The notes under the pieces: generated by a model | The model's database searches: none | What the model was told of the DNA's origin: nothing | What the model saw: only the letters and a program-made list of their open reading frames with translations | From: Ramazzottius varieornatus | Lineage: Eukaryota; Animalia; Tardigrada | DNA: 64,000 bases | Direction: 5' to 3' | Assembly (NCBI GenBank): GCA_001949185.1 | Contig: BDGG01000019.1 | Coordinates: 213,231-277,230 of the forward strand | Program-made: the position numbers and the translations under genes | Shown: positions 12,464 to 29,007 of the stretch, one piece after another | Position numbering within the stretch: the stretch's first letter is position 1 | Layout: each line of letters starts with the position of its first letter

Positions 12464-15182
12464 ATGTCGCGCACTGCACCAGCAGAAACCAACAAGGCCG
12501 TCCTCCACCGTTATCTGGATCTGCCACAAGGCAAAAGTTACGGTGCGACTTACGTGTGGATCGACGGTACCGATGAGTTTGTCCGCTGCAAGACCCGCAC
12601 CTTAGACTTTGAAGCTAAAAGTCCTAAAGGTAACTTTCTTGCGAGACGTTTAACTGCTTTGTTGCGCTGCTGCCTTGCGCTTCTTTTATCATTTTGACAG
12701 GCTTTGCATGGTTGAACGATTAGACGCTTGTCAGCCATTTCGAAGAGAGTGCCTGGCTCGACTTTGTCACTTCCTTGCGAGTTAAATGAGCACGTGGCTT
12801 CTGAATGATAAGCGTCGTCTTCGGTGCTCGATGCTTGACATAAATTATGACGTCGACCTAAAATTACAAAAAGGGAATAAGCGGGAAAGTTGCTTTCAAG
12901 CCTTCGTGAGAAGGTGTTTCGTGATAATACCTACATGTTATGTGAGCATGCCCAAAGCGTGGTGAACTCCTTTAGCGGGAACAAAATAATATCGATGGGA
13001 GCTGGGTGAATTCCTCTGCAAGATTATTTTCCCAAGTGGCACATACTTACGGTCTTATTGGCTGAAATCGTGCATCGCTTGAAGAAATGATCTTGCCGAG
13101 TTTGTTTGCCCAGCTCCTCTTTTCTAAACTTATGGTCTAATGGTGATTTTTCCTCTTTGACAGATCTTCCCGTGTGGAACTACGATGGCTCCAGCACGTA
13201 TCAAGCAGAAGGCAGCAACAGCGATGTGTATCTCCAGCCAGTGGCCATATACCCTGATCCCTTCACCGGAGGACCCAACATCTTGGTCCTGTGTGATACC
13301 TACAAATACAACAAGAAGCCCACTGGTCAGTACCAAGATCACTGCACACTATTTTCTTTATTGTGAATAGGGTTTCTTACGCTTGATCTTTGCTTTAGAG
13401 AGTAACAAGCGCAAGACGTGCAATGAAGTGATGGAGAAAGCCAAAGATCAGGAGCCCTGGTTTGGTATCGAGCAAGAATACACACTGCTGGACTACGATG
13501 GTCATCCGTTGGGTTGGCCCAAGAACGGCTTCCCTGGCCCTCAAGGTGAGGGCTCCTGTAGCGTTTTGTTCTGAACCGGATTCGGCAAACAAACTTGAGA
13601 GTTTGATCGCTGAGCTTCCCATTCACACTCTCGAACCTTGGTTCCCGCTGGGTTTGGTGAACGGAACACTCTTTTGTTTAGGTCCATACTACTGCGGTGT
13701 GGGAGCCAACAAAGTCTTTGGTCGCGACGTGGTCGAAGCACATTATCGAGCCTGTATGTATGCTGGCATCAAGATTGCCGGTACCAATGCCGAAGTCATG
13801 CCAGCACAGTGGGAATTTCAAGTTGGACCTTGCTTAGGCATATCGGCGGTAAGAAATATTTGCCTTGCTTACTTGCTCATTTATCAGTAAAATTAACCGG
13901 TCTTGTGACTTCTGTCGTTAACAAAAGCAGATAGCTTGTTTATACAACCGTGACGTTGACTTCCGACCTCCTATCAAATCAGACCAAATTCCCCAAAGCC
14001 ACAAGACAGGAACCTGTTCAATAAAATAAAATTAGCGCGACATTAAGATGAGTATTTGGCAAGAATATTCGAACGACAAAATATTATGTAATTTTATAAA
14101 GATCGGTAAACGAAAGTTAAACGATTTTCGTCTCAACTGACGCACATTTTCGTTGGCACTGGCTGGAAGCGTACGCCGTTTAGGATTACGCTCTTGTACG
14201 TTTCGTTTTCTGGCCTCCCGCACTTCATTAGGTCATCAAACGTATTTCGAGAAATCTATTGTCATGAAGAACGAACTATTCTTCTTTTGCAGGGTGACGA
14301 TCTATGGATGGCACGATACTTGCTGCACCGCGTTGCTGAGGACTTCGGTGTTGTGGTCAGTTTGGACCCGAAACCTATGGTGAGTATTCTGCTCCAAAAT
14401 TTGAAAACCATGGCGAATTCTTCACAGTTTTCCAGGTTGAATGGTCAAATATTTCCGTATATGATCAACCTATTTTCTTTTGTACTGTAGATTGGAGACT
14501 GGAACGGAGCCGGCGCACACACCAACTTCAGCACCAAAGCCATGCGCACACCGGGTATCGGTCTGCAAGCTATAGAGGACGCCATCGAGAAGCTGGGGAA
14601 GGTGCACATGGACCACATTCACGAGTACGATCCCAAAGGAGGCAAAGACAATGCTCGACGTCTGACTGGCCGTCACGAAACTTCCAGCATCAACGACTTT
14701 TCTGCTGGTGTGGCCAACCGTGGCTGCAGGTAGGTACCTTTTTGGTTTGGAAGCCACTCGAAAAGATTGGCTTCCCCCAAGTGGCGCACGTTTCCAGCCA
14801 AAAAACACTGCAAGTGCGCACCGGTTGGGAAGACCAACCTATCGAGTTTGATTGGTTTACCAAGCGGCGCACTTCTTTAGTGTTATTGGCTGATACAGTG
14901 CGCTACTTGTCGAGTGTGTTGTCCCTAGTGGCACGCGCTCTCAGTGTTACTATCCGAAAGCGTGCGCTACTTGGGAGAACAATCTTCTCGAATTTGTTTG
15001 CCGAGCTTTCATTATTACCAACTTTCAATTCTTTTCATTTCAGTATCCGAATTCCTCGTCAAGTTGCCGAAGAAGGTTACGGCTACTTAGAAGATCGGCG
15101 TCCGGCTTCCAACTGCGATCCCTACTCGGTCACCGAGATTATAGTCCGAACCACTTGCCTTGACCAAGTCATCACTCACTAA
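12464..15182 (+). CDS. GLUL: Glutamine synthetase (type II), about 7 exons
   Basis: [73 protein letters not shown] and [15 protein letters not shown]. Confidence 0.97.
14750..15010. repeat. Abundant foldback repeat, three-hairpin copy in a glutamine synthetase intron
   Basis: Three AAGTGGCGCACG...GTGCGC(C/T)ACTTG-like units ending in GTTTGCCGAGCTTTC. Confidence 0.8.
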
Positions 15183-15746
15183 GTTAAGACAGGTTTTGTC
15201 TCTTCATTTGCAAGAACGAGGAAGTTTCATTCATTCAGAGTATTCTACTTCATCATTTCCATCTGTTTACATTCATCCTGTTTTTGATGTGCTTTTCCAC
15301 CATCTTCACGTTTCATCTTTTACGCGTTTGTCATTATTATTATGTGATGAAAAATCGAGTAAGTTAGTGCCTTGTTCTTTGAACCATTTGCAAAGCATGG
15401 TATGGAAGTCTTGATATTGTCGTTTTACTTGCCTGGGATATTTCTATCGAAAGTACGCATGCTTTTACCGTTGCTTATTGGCACGTTTTATAGCAAAGAA
15501 AAACTCCTCATTGGAAATTCCAAGGTCTTCCTTTATCGAATTGACCGCCAGTTCTCTCACACAAAAGTATTCACCACAAGGTAGGACGAGCTTCTCTAGC
15601 TCGAAAATCAAAGTCATGTCAAGTCGTTGCTCAACAGCGTACATCACCGTGAAGTTCTAGGACAGGTAAAACGATAAACGATAAAACGAACACAGCAAAT
15701 TAGCAAAGTTCCCCAGAAAGCAACAAAGTTAGTTCGACAACAAGAC

Positions 15747-16906
15747 TCAGTAGGACGAGGTTCCCATCATTTGCTTCACACGTTCACCGCTAGTAAGAAG
15801 ACAGTAAGCGGCAGAGATTGCGAGCCCAGCTGTACCTCCCAGCCCACTTGCTCTCAACCCGGACGTGGACTTGTACAGGAGACCGGTAGCTGTTCCGGCT
15901 GCTAATGTGTTGAGCTCGTCATCCACTCCGCGAAGTTTGGAAAGAATTACCCCGAAGGTACTGTACATTACCGCTGGAACAAGAAAAACCTAAATCAGCT
16001 CAAACTAAGCGATAACACCGGAAAAACAGAAAAAGCCTTTATGACGCGAAAGACCTCTTATATCAACAATGATCCTTTCCGACGTTACACAGTCGGTTTT
16101 CGACTGCAAGTGCCATCACAGTAAAAAATACCAAGATTGTTGTTGGGAACAGAAAAAGAACTTTCTGGGCCTTTTTCTTCCCTTCTTCAGCCTTATGAAG
16201 CTTATAGGACCCCTTGTTTACACAGGATTATCTTCAATTTACCTATTACGCCGATGCCATTGGCATAAGTTGCTCCGCGTTTTGAGACGTAGTTAAGTAG
16301 CTGTGTTCTCCTGGCACTTCCGGTCAACCCTGCTATGGAGGTGTCGCGGAGGCCGGAGTACATTCCCGTGGTACCACCGACTAATGCTCCTGTGCACATG
16401 AGATACAGTAGTGAATACACAGGACAACTCATTCAACGGTAATGCGGACGAAGAAGAGGGATACGGGCACATAAATACCAACCAAGCATAACAGATCCGC
16501 CGATCTGAGAAAATGCCAGTTCAAATCGACCGCGCTGCTTCGACGCGCCCTCAGGGAAGATGTACTGTGGAGCTTCTTGCAAAGCGGATGGATCAATGTT
16601 CAGGTAAGGCGAGGAGAGCGCAGGAATCGCTCCGGGAAAAACTGCCGAAAAGGAAGATAAACCTAGTTGGGAGCTCGGCGAACAAACAGGATCAGATTAT
16701 TTTTTCAAGTGGCGTACGCTTTCAGCCAATAGCACTGAAACTGCGCGTCACTTGGGAAGGCGGTCTGGTCGAGTTTTGTTCGGCGAGGTGTTAACCGTAA
16801 TTTGATCAGATATCCATCAGAGATGCAAGTTCATACCTGGGAGGCCATAAGTGTTTTCGGTACCAGAAGGGAACAAGTTGGAGAAGCCTTGCCTGTCGTA
16901 GTCCAT
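15747..16906 (-). CDS. TIMM23: Mitochondrial inner membrane translocase Tim23, 4 exons
   Basis: SPYLNIDP...YIFPEGASKQRGRFELAFSQIGGSVM, RRTQLLNYVSKRGA, and RGVDDELNTLAAGTATGLLYKST. Confidence 0.93.
16670..16790. repeat. Abundant foldback repeat, single-hairpin copy in a TIMM23 intron
   Basis: GGAGCTCGGCGAACAAAC...CAAGTGGCGTACG...CGCGTCACTTGGG...GTCGAGTTTTGTTCGGCGAG. Confidence 0.75.
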
Positions 16907-18449
16907 TCTTTGGAAGGCTGACGGAAACCTGCACTGTCGATGAAGCGGAAACAGCTGTGGTGCTGTGTCGTTTTGTGAAGCTGTAAAGTGCCCACACACA
17001 CACTGCGGTGAAGTAGTTCGTCCCACACCAAATAGTAGTTGGAGAAGGTCGAGAGAAGGGATCTAGATTCGGAAGAAGGGAGAACGGTAGCGACAAATTT
17101 AAAGTTTGGAGAAATAATAATGCGTGATGCAATCTCTACGAGACTCTCTACACAATCTCTGCTACACTTCCATCAACAAATCAACAGAGATTAAGTTGCT
17201 ATCGCCAGATGAAAGTCCCACTGTAGCTAAGAGGAGTTGCAACGTAAGCGCAGCAGCTGATAAGAACTTTGAATAGTTGGGCAGCCACCATGCTTCCCAA
17301 TGCTAGCCAACCGTAACTCCGATTACGCTAGTTTTCGAAAATAAGGGGAGCTCCGGAAAGCAAAATGTAGTTACACGGCACGAAAGGGGCGGAGCAAGGC
17401 CGTAGCTACCATTGCCGAAGTATTGTTGTATAACTTGCAAATCAATCAATCGACAATCCGGGCGGGGTCGTAAGGCGGTACAATCAAAGGCTTTGATTGG
17501 TACTTCCGGTGCAACCAGCTGTTTACCTCGTACACAATAATGATGGTATTGACCAACGGCTGGCTCTGTGCTTAGTTCGGTTACGAGTACGAGGAGCGAG
17601 GCCCTACTCTGGCCACGAAAATACTTTGTCCAGTCAAGTCCTGCAGGTGGCAGTGTTGGCGTCCTGGCTGGGTTGAAATCAGCTGACCCCGTTTACCGCC
17701 ATAAGGCGACCGAGGAAGAGTGGACTAAGTTTTAGCCCTTCTGATTTTCTGTAGGAACCAAGGTGGAAGCCAATGTCCATCTACCGCTTGAGCACCTTGT
17801 TTCTATTTTCGAAGTCACATATCACTCATATAGCGATGTTGCGATAGATCTTCCCAAGTGGCGCACGACGACTGTGCTTCACATCGCTATATGTTCCTGA
17901 AGCGTGGGAGATTTCGCTAGTTTCACCCTCAAAACCTAAACGAAAGTTCATTCGTGATTTTTAGAGCTATCGATGGAAGAGGTAACTAGTTCCCACAACC
18001 GCTTTCGGTTTGGTACTTACACTTCCGATGACGTCATGCGCCACCGGAAGATGAGACACCGGATGATTAAACCAGCCTAACTTTCCTCTGCGCTATACCA
18101 TTCCTTCTGTCGGCTCTCAGAATCAAGAAGTGTTTTCGACTTACAGTTCAATACCTGGGTGGTTTCAGTCCAACCACTCTGAACAGAGGTAGCAGGAGGG
18201 AGTAACTTCACGGTGACATGACTTCTCGCCACGGCTTTCTCATGAGTATCGGGTGAATTGGAACGGATGATAGCCTTCACTAGCCCTTCAGAAGGAGCAG
18301 AACTCAAGTCGGTGGAAAACCTTTCCGCAAAGATCACTAAGCGGCAAGGGAGATCATGCAAGATTGAGCAGAAAGAAGGGCAGCCTTCATTGGTAGTTCA
18401 CAGGTAAACGAATTTTGTAAAGCAAAGCGTTTTCGCGTGGAAGTGGACA

Positions 18450-21400
18450 AAGTTTTAACCGTTCCGATTTGGGACGAAAACGGTAGTGTTACGTCATCAT
18501 CAGCCTTGGGCACACGTTTGGAAATGCGTGTTCTTGCTCGGTTGGGCGCATATGTGGTTTAGATGGCCCAGCTTGTTGTGCCCTCTGCAGAGAGCGTGTT
18601 CACTAATACCGAACGAATTCCCGAACGACTTCCATTCTGGAATTTCTCCCGTCCTGATCTTCCACCTATTCTCACTTTTGACTGGACAGAAATGAATCTA
18701 AGTGTTTGAAGATTCTTGCGCATAAGTAAAGATTCTCGCGTACTCTGAACGCTAGTGAAACGCGTGAGCTTAACTTGGACGCACTGACTTGCAATAATCA
18801 GCAACTGCCGTATGCCCTCTATGGTAAGCAGCTAACTGTGTCAATGCTACAGCGCCCTGCGTGTTGATCCGCCCACATAGGTTTAGTTATTTCTGCATTC
18901 GTATGTCAATTCGGAAGCTTCTCCGCCTTTTTTGTTATTACGAAACCCCAGGAGTGAGTCGTCTTGCATTTGAAGCACAGCTAGAATGACGGACAGCTCT
19001 GTAACGTCGATGGAGATCGACTTGGAAGAAGATGATGGTCAGCCGTCGGATCCGACACGAAAGAAGAACGACCGGAAAGCCAAAGACTTCTACAAAGCTT
19101 TCTTCACTTCGCCTACCTCAGCCAAAGAATCGAAGAACAGCAAGATCGTCGTCATCAATTATGGTCACTGTAAACTGTGCAAGAAGGGAAAGCCGAAGAG
19201 TGAGAAGAAAATATCGGCTTAAGACGGATACAGCAACTTCAAAACACATGTCCTGAAGTTACACGGCAAGGACAAGGTAAATATTTATGACAAATTTTTG
19301 TAATGAATGCGCTGTCATTTCGGGCTGCTCAGCTGCTAATAATTCATGTTTAGGATGTCAGCAACTTCTTGAAAGAAGGAGGACCGAAGACAGCGAAGCC
19401 CGACTCAACGCTAGACGACTACGTGGTGGACATGAAGAAAAAGCGTCTCGGCCGGAAACACCCTAAGCAAATATGGCTGGATGAGGCCGTAGCGCGGATT
19501 CAATCGAGACTTTGATAGCTCCAACAGTGCTTGGCCACTCGTCTTTCGACAGAGCAATCAAGGTGGGCGATGCTGGGCTACAGGTAAACTTTAAACTATA
19601 CTGCAGATAAAAAAGAGTGTGGCGAGAGGCGCTTGTTGAGGTTTGATTGTATTACTGGATATTCGTTTTGTTTTTTAGTGGCCCAAACGACACAGGATTG
19701 TCAGAACCCTCTTACATAGACAACACAGAAAGATTAAAGAGAAGCTTCAGAGTTTGCTGACGAAGGCCGTAGCCGTCGCCTTCAACCTGGACATCTGGAG
19801 CAGCAAGCGGATGCGCGGTAACATGGGAATTAGTGTGCACTTCGTAAACGAGAAGTTCAGACTGCGAAACCTTCTCCTCGCATGCCCGAGGTTTAAACGC
19901 TCTCACACTGCTGAAGAGATCCTCAACCTGGCAGTTGAGGTGATCGCAGATTTCAACCTCCTGCACAAGGTGTTCTATGTTGGAACTGATAACGGAAGTA
20001 ACATCGTCGCCGCTTTCAAAGACTGGTTCCCTCAGTTTTATGAATTTTCCGGAGCGTCGAACAAAACAGGTACAATTTTTTGGATGAAACTCATCTTTTC
20101 ATTTGCGTGATAGCTATGATACTAATCATGCTAATGCTCTTCGTCTAGATGAAGAAGGGTCCGACACGCAAATAGAGCCAGACGATGAGAGCGAGATTGC
20201 GTCGGACGATGAACTGGATTTGGAGCCTGTCGACCCAGAAGAACTGAATACAGAAAGTGGCTTGGCTAATGAAGTTGCTGATCTGATGTTTCAGAAGTAC
20301 TGCCTTGTACCCGACAGAAAAATACTGGTAAACGCTCTATTTGCATAAAACCGAGTAAGTCCTCTCACTCAGTTCTGTAAGACTTCTGTTTTCAGGTCCG
20401 TTGTGTCGCACACTCTCTGCAGCTAGTCCTGAAGAAACCAGTGGCGCGCTGTGCAGTAGTCCATAAAGCGGTAGAAGCCCTCGCATCCGTTGTGTCAAGC
20501 GTTAGACATTCAGTGGGGATGACCGAGAAGGTGGAAGAAGAGTTTGGCAAGGCCCTCAAAGCGCGATGTGCAACTCGCTGGAACAGTAACTTCATTATGG
20601 CCGAACATGCCTTGCAGCTCGACTGGGACAAAGTAGGCCTTGACAAGAAATACCGATTGTCTCCAGACCATGAAGTTGTTCTCAAACAGTTCGTCAAGAT
20701 AACGAAGCCTTTTTCAAGACGCATTCATGAAGCTTCAGCGTCATCACATTCCAGCGATCTGCAACGTTTTGCCAATTCTTTTCGGTCTTCCAATACAGCT
20801 GACCAACATGATAGCTAGCGGAGAATGTATGCTGTTGGAAAAATACAGCTTGGAGCTCCTCGCACTTTTGGAAGAGCGCTTTGATAAGCTTGAGGATGTA
20901 TTTGGCTGCTGCGTTTCTGGATCCCACGATTAAGCTGTGTTTCAGTCGGGGCTCCAAGAAGCCCAAAGAAACTGAGAGTCGTACTAGAGCTCTGATCTTG
21001 AGAATGATGCGGGACGTCAGGCTCGAGGAAGGCCGCGACGACATAGCCCTCCCCGATACCAGGAAGTCCAGGTTTGTGCGCAATTAACTGCAATTAGCCG
21101 TCAGTGCATGGGGTTTTTTAAGCGAAGGAAAGAAGTCGGAGCTCTTCAGTTTCATGGAGGACGACGTTCCTGCGGTCAAGCACTCGCGAAGTTCGACGAT
21201 TACCGTCGAGGCCGAGTACGAGTTGTTCCTGAATAATGACTGGACTGGCGAGAACCCGCTGGACTTCTACCGTTTGAAGGGAACGCAAGATATTTTTAAG
21301 CGTCTGGTAGTCATTCCGAAGCAGATTCTGTGTGCTCCAGCGACGACCGCTGGTATTGAACGCATTTTCAGCATTTCCGGGAGGCTTCTTAGTGAAATTA

Positions 21401-21644
21401 GACTCAGTACTAACGACTCGAATTTTGAGATGCTTCTCTTCTGTAACATTAATCAAGAGCTCTTAGATTCTAACATCAAAAGCAAGTCTGTCGAAAACAG
21501 ATAAATATATACAATGTTTTGTTATAACGGTTTATAACGAATAACGGTTCCCAAAATTTCATAACGAAACTGAAACGGTAAAAAATTTTGGTTAATAACG
21601 AAAACGAAACGGAGATGTGAGGATGGCATAACTGCTCAGCCCTG
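18450..21644 (+). mobile_element. Decayed hAT-superfamily DNA transposon
   Basis: Contains the transposase remnant below. The right end has clustered AACGG/AACGA subterminal repeats (21525-21612) and ends in CAGCCCTG at 21644. No matching left terminal inverted repeat was found, so the left boundary is approximate. Confidence 0.75.
18986..21504 (+). pseudogene. hAT transposase, intron-containing and disrupted
   Basis: BED-like finger (HCKLCKK...SNFKTHVLKLH), LDIWSS, SHTAEEI, TDNGSNI, RCVAHSLQL, TRWNS and PATTAGIERIFS. In-frame TAA at 19220-19222 and several frameshifts. Confidence 0.88.
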
Positions 21645-22300
21645 TCGTGAAGGACCGAAACTCTGCCCTATGAGTATTCTGATACCGGTCCATGTTCTTA
21701 CTTGCGCAGTGCCACTGGAAGGAACTTAAAATACCGAATTACCATGTAACTTCCATTGACAGGTTCCAGTTATCATTTGCGAAAGGTTTGTGTTCTTTGC
21801 GGATGTTGGGAGAGCTACCTGAGGCATTCGAAGTTAAAAAAACGTGATTGGGGATGGCAAGGTGATTAGGTGAGGCCAGGAGGGTTCAGAACCCTGCGGA
21901 ATATCTGCTGCAGAAACTACCTGTACCAGTTGACATCGTCCTGGAATTCGTTAGCGACGGTAAGCTGGATACGATCCCTGCTCACACGTGAGGAAGCCTA
22001 GCTGTTAACGATTCGGGTCCCGACAGTTACGAGTCCCCAAACACGGAATAGTGTCCATTGTATATCTGATTCAACCGTGCGCCTTTTTTTCCTATACACG
22101 TGTAATGTACTGTAGGATTTTCTTGGCAATTGGCAGCGAGGTATATTACGCCATGTTCTGTGGTTCAGTTGCTGTTCCCAAGTTGAAGGGTAAGGTCACT
22201 GGGAATTTCTCCAAATTCGTCTTCAGCGTTCTCGTAGAATTTCTGTACACGGACGAACTCTATCTCCGTTCGAAACTTCTGGTGGAACGAGACGGACGTA

Positions 22301-22565
22301 CAGTCCGGTCGCTCGAAATCTGGTCGAAATTTTCCAGTTTCAGTTTGATGCCCGCCATACATTCACCACGCCGCATACTAAACCAAGGCCCAATATTACA
22401 TAACACACACATTACACCATGTTGTAACTCGTGTAATCAACTAATCAAGGTGCAGATAACCGGCTGTGTGGGCATGGCGAGCAGTACGGTTAACTTCGTA
22501 TGGTTTTTCTCTTATGAAATCGGAAAATTTCGTCCAGATTTCGAGCGTGCGGAGTCACCGGACTG
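22301..22565. mobile_element. Tc1/mariner-type MITE
   Basis: About 40-bp inverted termini (CAGTCCGG...AAATTTTCC and GGAAAATTT...CCGGACTG) flanked by TA on both sides. Confidence 0.75.
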
Positions 22566-23984
22566 TACTAGAATGCGCACAACGACAACGGAGCGCATTT
22601 GTGCTCAGAACAACCGTAGAAAAACGGCAAACCGCACAGACGGAAGCAGACAAGTTGCATCCTGTGAAGCTAGACTAGTTCATTTCTAGTTCCAGCAGAG
22701 CTTTAACGAAACCACAGGGTTATCGTTTTATTTTTTGGATTTGTCAAGTTGGTTTAATTTAGCAGGATCGAATCTTCGCTTCGAAAGAAGTTTCACAGAT
22801 ATTCGAACTGAAGTTCTCAGGAGAAGTCCGACCGGATCCTTCCGCCGCTGGTACGTAGTGTTATCTCCGCAGTACCACGCGGTATCAGGAGCGCTCGAGA
22901 AACTGTCGAAGTTCACCTGCTTACCGTATAACCTTAACGGTGGATCCTTATCGAATTTGGTGACAGACCATCTCGCTATTCATCGAGCCAGACATGATCA
23001 ACTGCCCGGAGACCTGGCTCCGTTTTATCGCACTTTGCCACGCGAGCTACCACTTCGACGTTATGTCCCTCAATCCGACAAGATTATCAGTCGACAGCCA
23101 TAGCACAAGTTCGACATCGACCGGACGTGTGTGTCCAGGCGCTGTTCACTCCGTTGTCGACCAAGGTAAGGAGAACGCCCTGATGCACGACTCGGGCAGC
23201 ACCGTATCGTTGCATTTGTAGGAGGATAAGGATGATGGTGGCGTGGATAACGGGGTGCATGGAAGGAAGCTCCATTATACACTGCTGTTCTCGCCGGAGA
23301 GGAGGTATAAAGAGCCGGAGGTTGTCTTCTCTTCCGGAGACTGCGGCAGTGCGACCAGGATTTGTCGACCCTGGAGACGGTTTCGCATATTGGCACTGAC
23401 TGACGCGAAAGTGAACGTCGTTAGCCACGTCGTAATATAACGAAGAGAAACTTCATGGAGTATCCCATTGGTCTCAGTACCTACGTATACCCTTATCGTT
23501 ACTCACATTAAATTTCATTGTCGGAAGTCTGGCTCTCTGTTGCATGCTCTCTAACGTAAGGCACTCGTTGCATTTCTGTCTTGTTGACTCTTTTGATTTC
23601 CTTTGTGTAACTAAGAAGGTTCTCTAGCTCTAAGATTTGGTGACTCGCCAAGCTCAATGTTCATTCGCCAGATTAATCTAAATTCTTTATCGGTATTGAT
23701 ATCGTTTTCCGTTCGGTGGATACAAAACTTTAATGCTCTCGGCTCGCCATGCTTTATCGGTGACCCAAAAGTGTGCGCGCATGTCGTAATTGCACTGCTA
23801 TGACGTATTACGCCACATTCAAGAATAACACTTGTATCGATCGCCGCTGCAAGCTACACAGTCGAATTTATCAAAACTTCCACACACGATAAAGAAAATC
23901 AAACACAAAAACACCTTAGCCCACAGTACAGAGCCAGGAAGTGACAGCTGGACATTTGCGGCCCTGCGAGAGAAAGGGAGAGGC

Positions 23985-24194
23985 TCACCAGGCGGGTTTG
24001 CCAGGTGGTGTAATGGGTCCAAACATCTTGCTTTTCCCTCGGTACATCGTCATGGTTTCTTTAGTTTTGTTGTTATGCCAGTAAGCGATCACTATAACTG
24101 CTCCTAAGTAAGGTAGCATCTTGAATTCTCTGATGGTCCATCTTGCAAGTTTCGCCCATTTAACGGGCTCCATCACACTTCCACCTCCAGCCAT
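23985..24194 (-). CDS. NDUFB1: Complex I subunit NDUFB1 (MNLL)
   Basis: 69 aa, one TM helix followed by ETMTMYRGKSKMFG...PGKPAW*, the NDUFB1 C-terminal pattern. Confidence 0.75.
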   Translation of the reverse strand: MAGGGSVMEPVKWAKLARWTIREFKMLPYLGAVIVIAYWHNNKTKETMTMYRGKSKMFGPITPPGKPAW

Positions 24195-24837
24195 TTTCCT
24201 GAAAAAGTCAACGGGGTTGATAGAATGTAAACCATTATTTATGTACTTCTCTGATCTGCCAGATCCTACCTCTGAATATCCGGTTGCCCACTTTCAATTC
24301 CGCATCAAAGACACGGATGCAAAGGGGAGTTGTTCAGCAAGAATGTATCTGGTGCTGAAAGAGAAACACCAGAAAACAAAAGTGACGTTCAGGCACCAGC
24401 AGAAACAATCAAATCAACTTCCGGTTCCAATCAATGCCACGATCTCTCTCAGACCAGAATGCCAGTCACAGCTCGCCATCAAGGAACAGAAGGAGCGCCG
24501 CCCGTAAAACAAGCGCGGTCTTATCTTTTTCGGAGTTCAAAATATTGCCTGGGTCCTGGCATCATCGATTGCTTCCCCTCCCCACCTTTCAGCTTCCGAC
24601 ATTTATTCTGCAGGAGGGATATCCTACGAAAATCAGCGGTGGAACGGAGAGCGACGAAACAGGACCCAGGGATCATTCAGCGACAGCGGAGGCCAGGGTT
24701 GTTCCCGCACCTCACCTTGCGCGCGCGCGCTGACTGACTCGCTCCACCAGTTTTGGGCGTGCTAAAGTATTATCCTGTTCGACTGCTTGACGGATGAGAT
24801 GCAGGAAGAGAACGTTTCTCGACGTTTCGTATGAGAC

Positions 24838-29007
<4,170 letters not shown>

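Noticed and set aside
14750-15010. Repeated palindromic units resembling a CRISPR array or bacterial REP elements
   Set aside because: Eukaryotic intronic context, degenerate repeats, no unique-spacer array and no cas genes.
21660-23440. ORF fragments around the MITE at 22301
   Set aside because: Protein-like patches only. They could not be assembled or assigned to a family.
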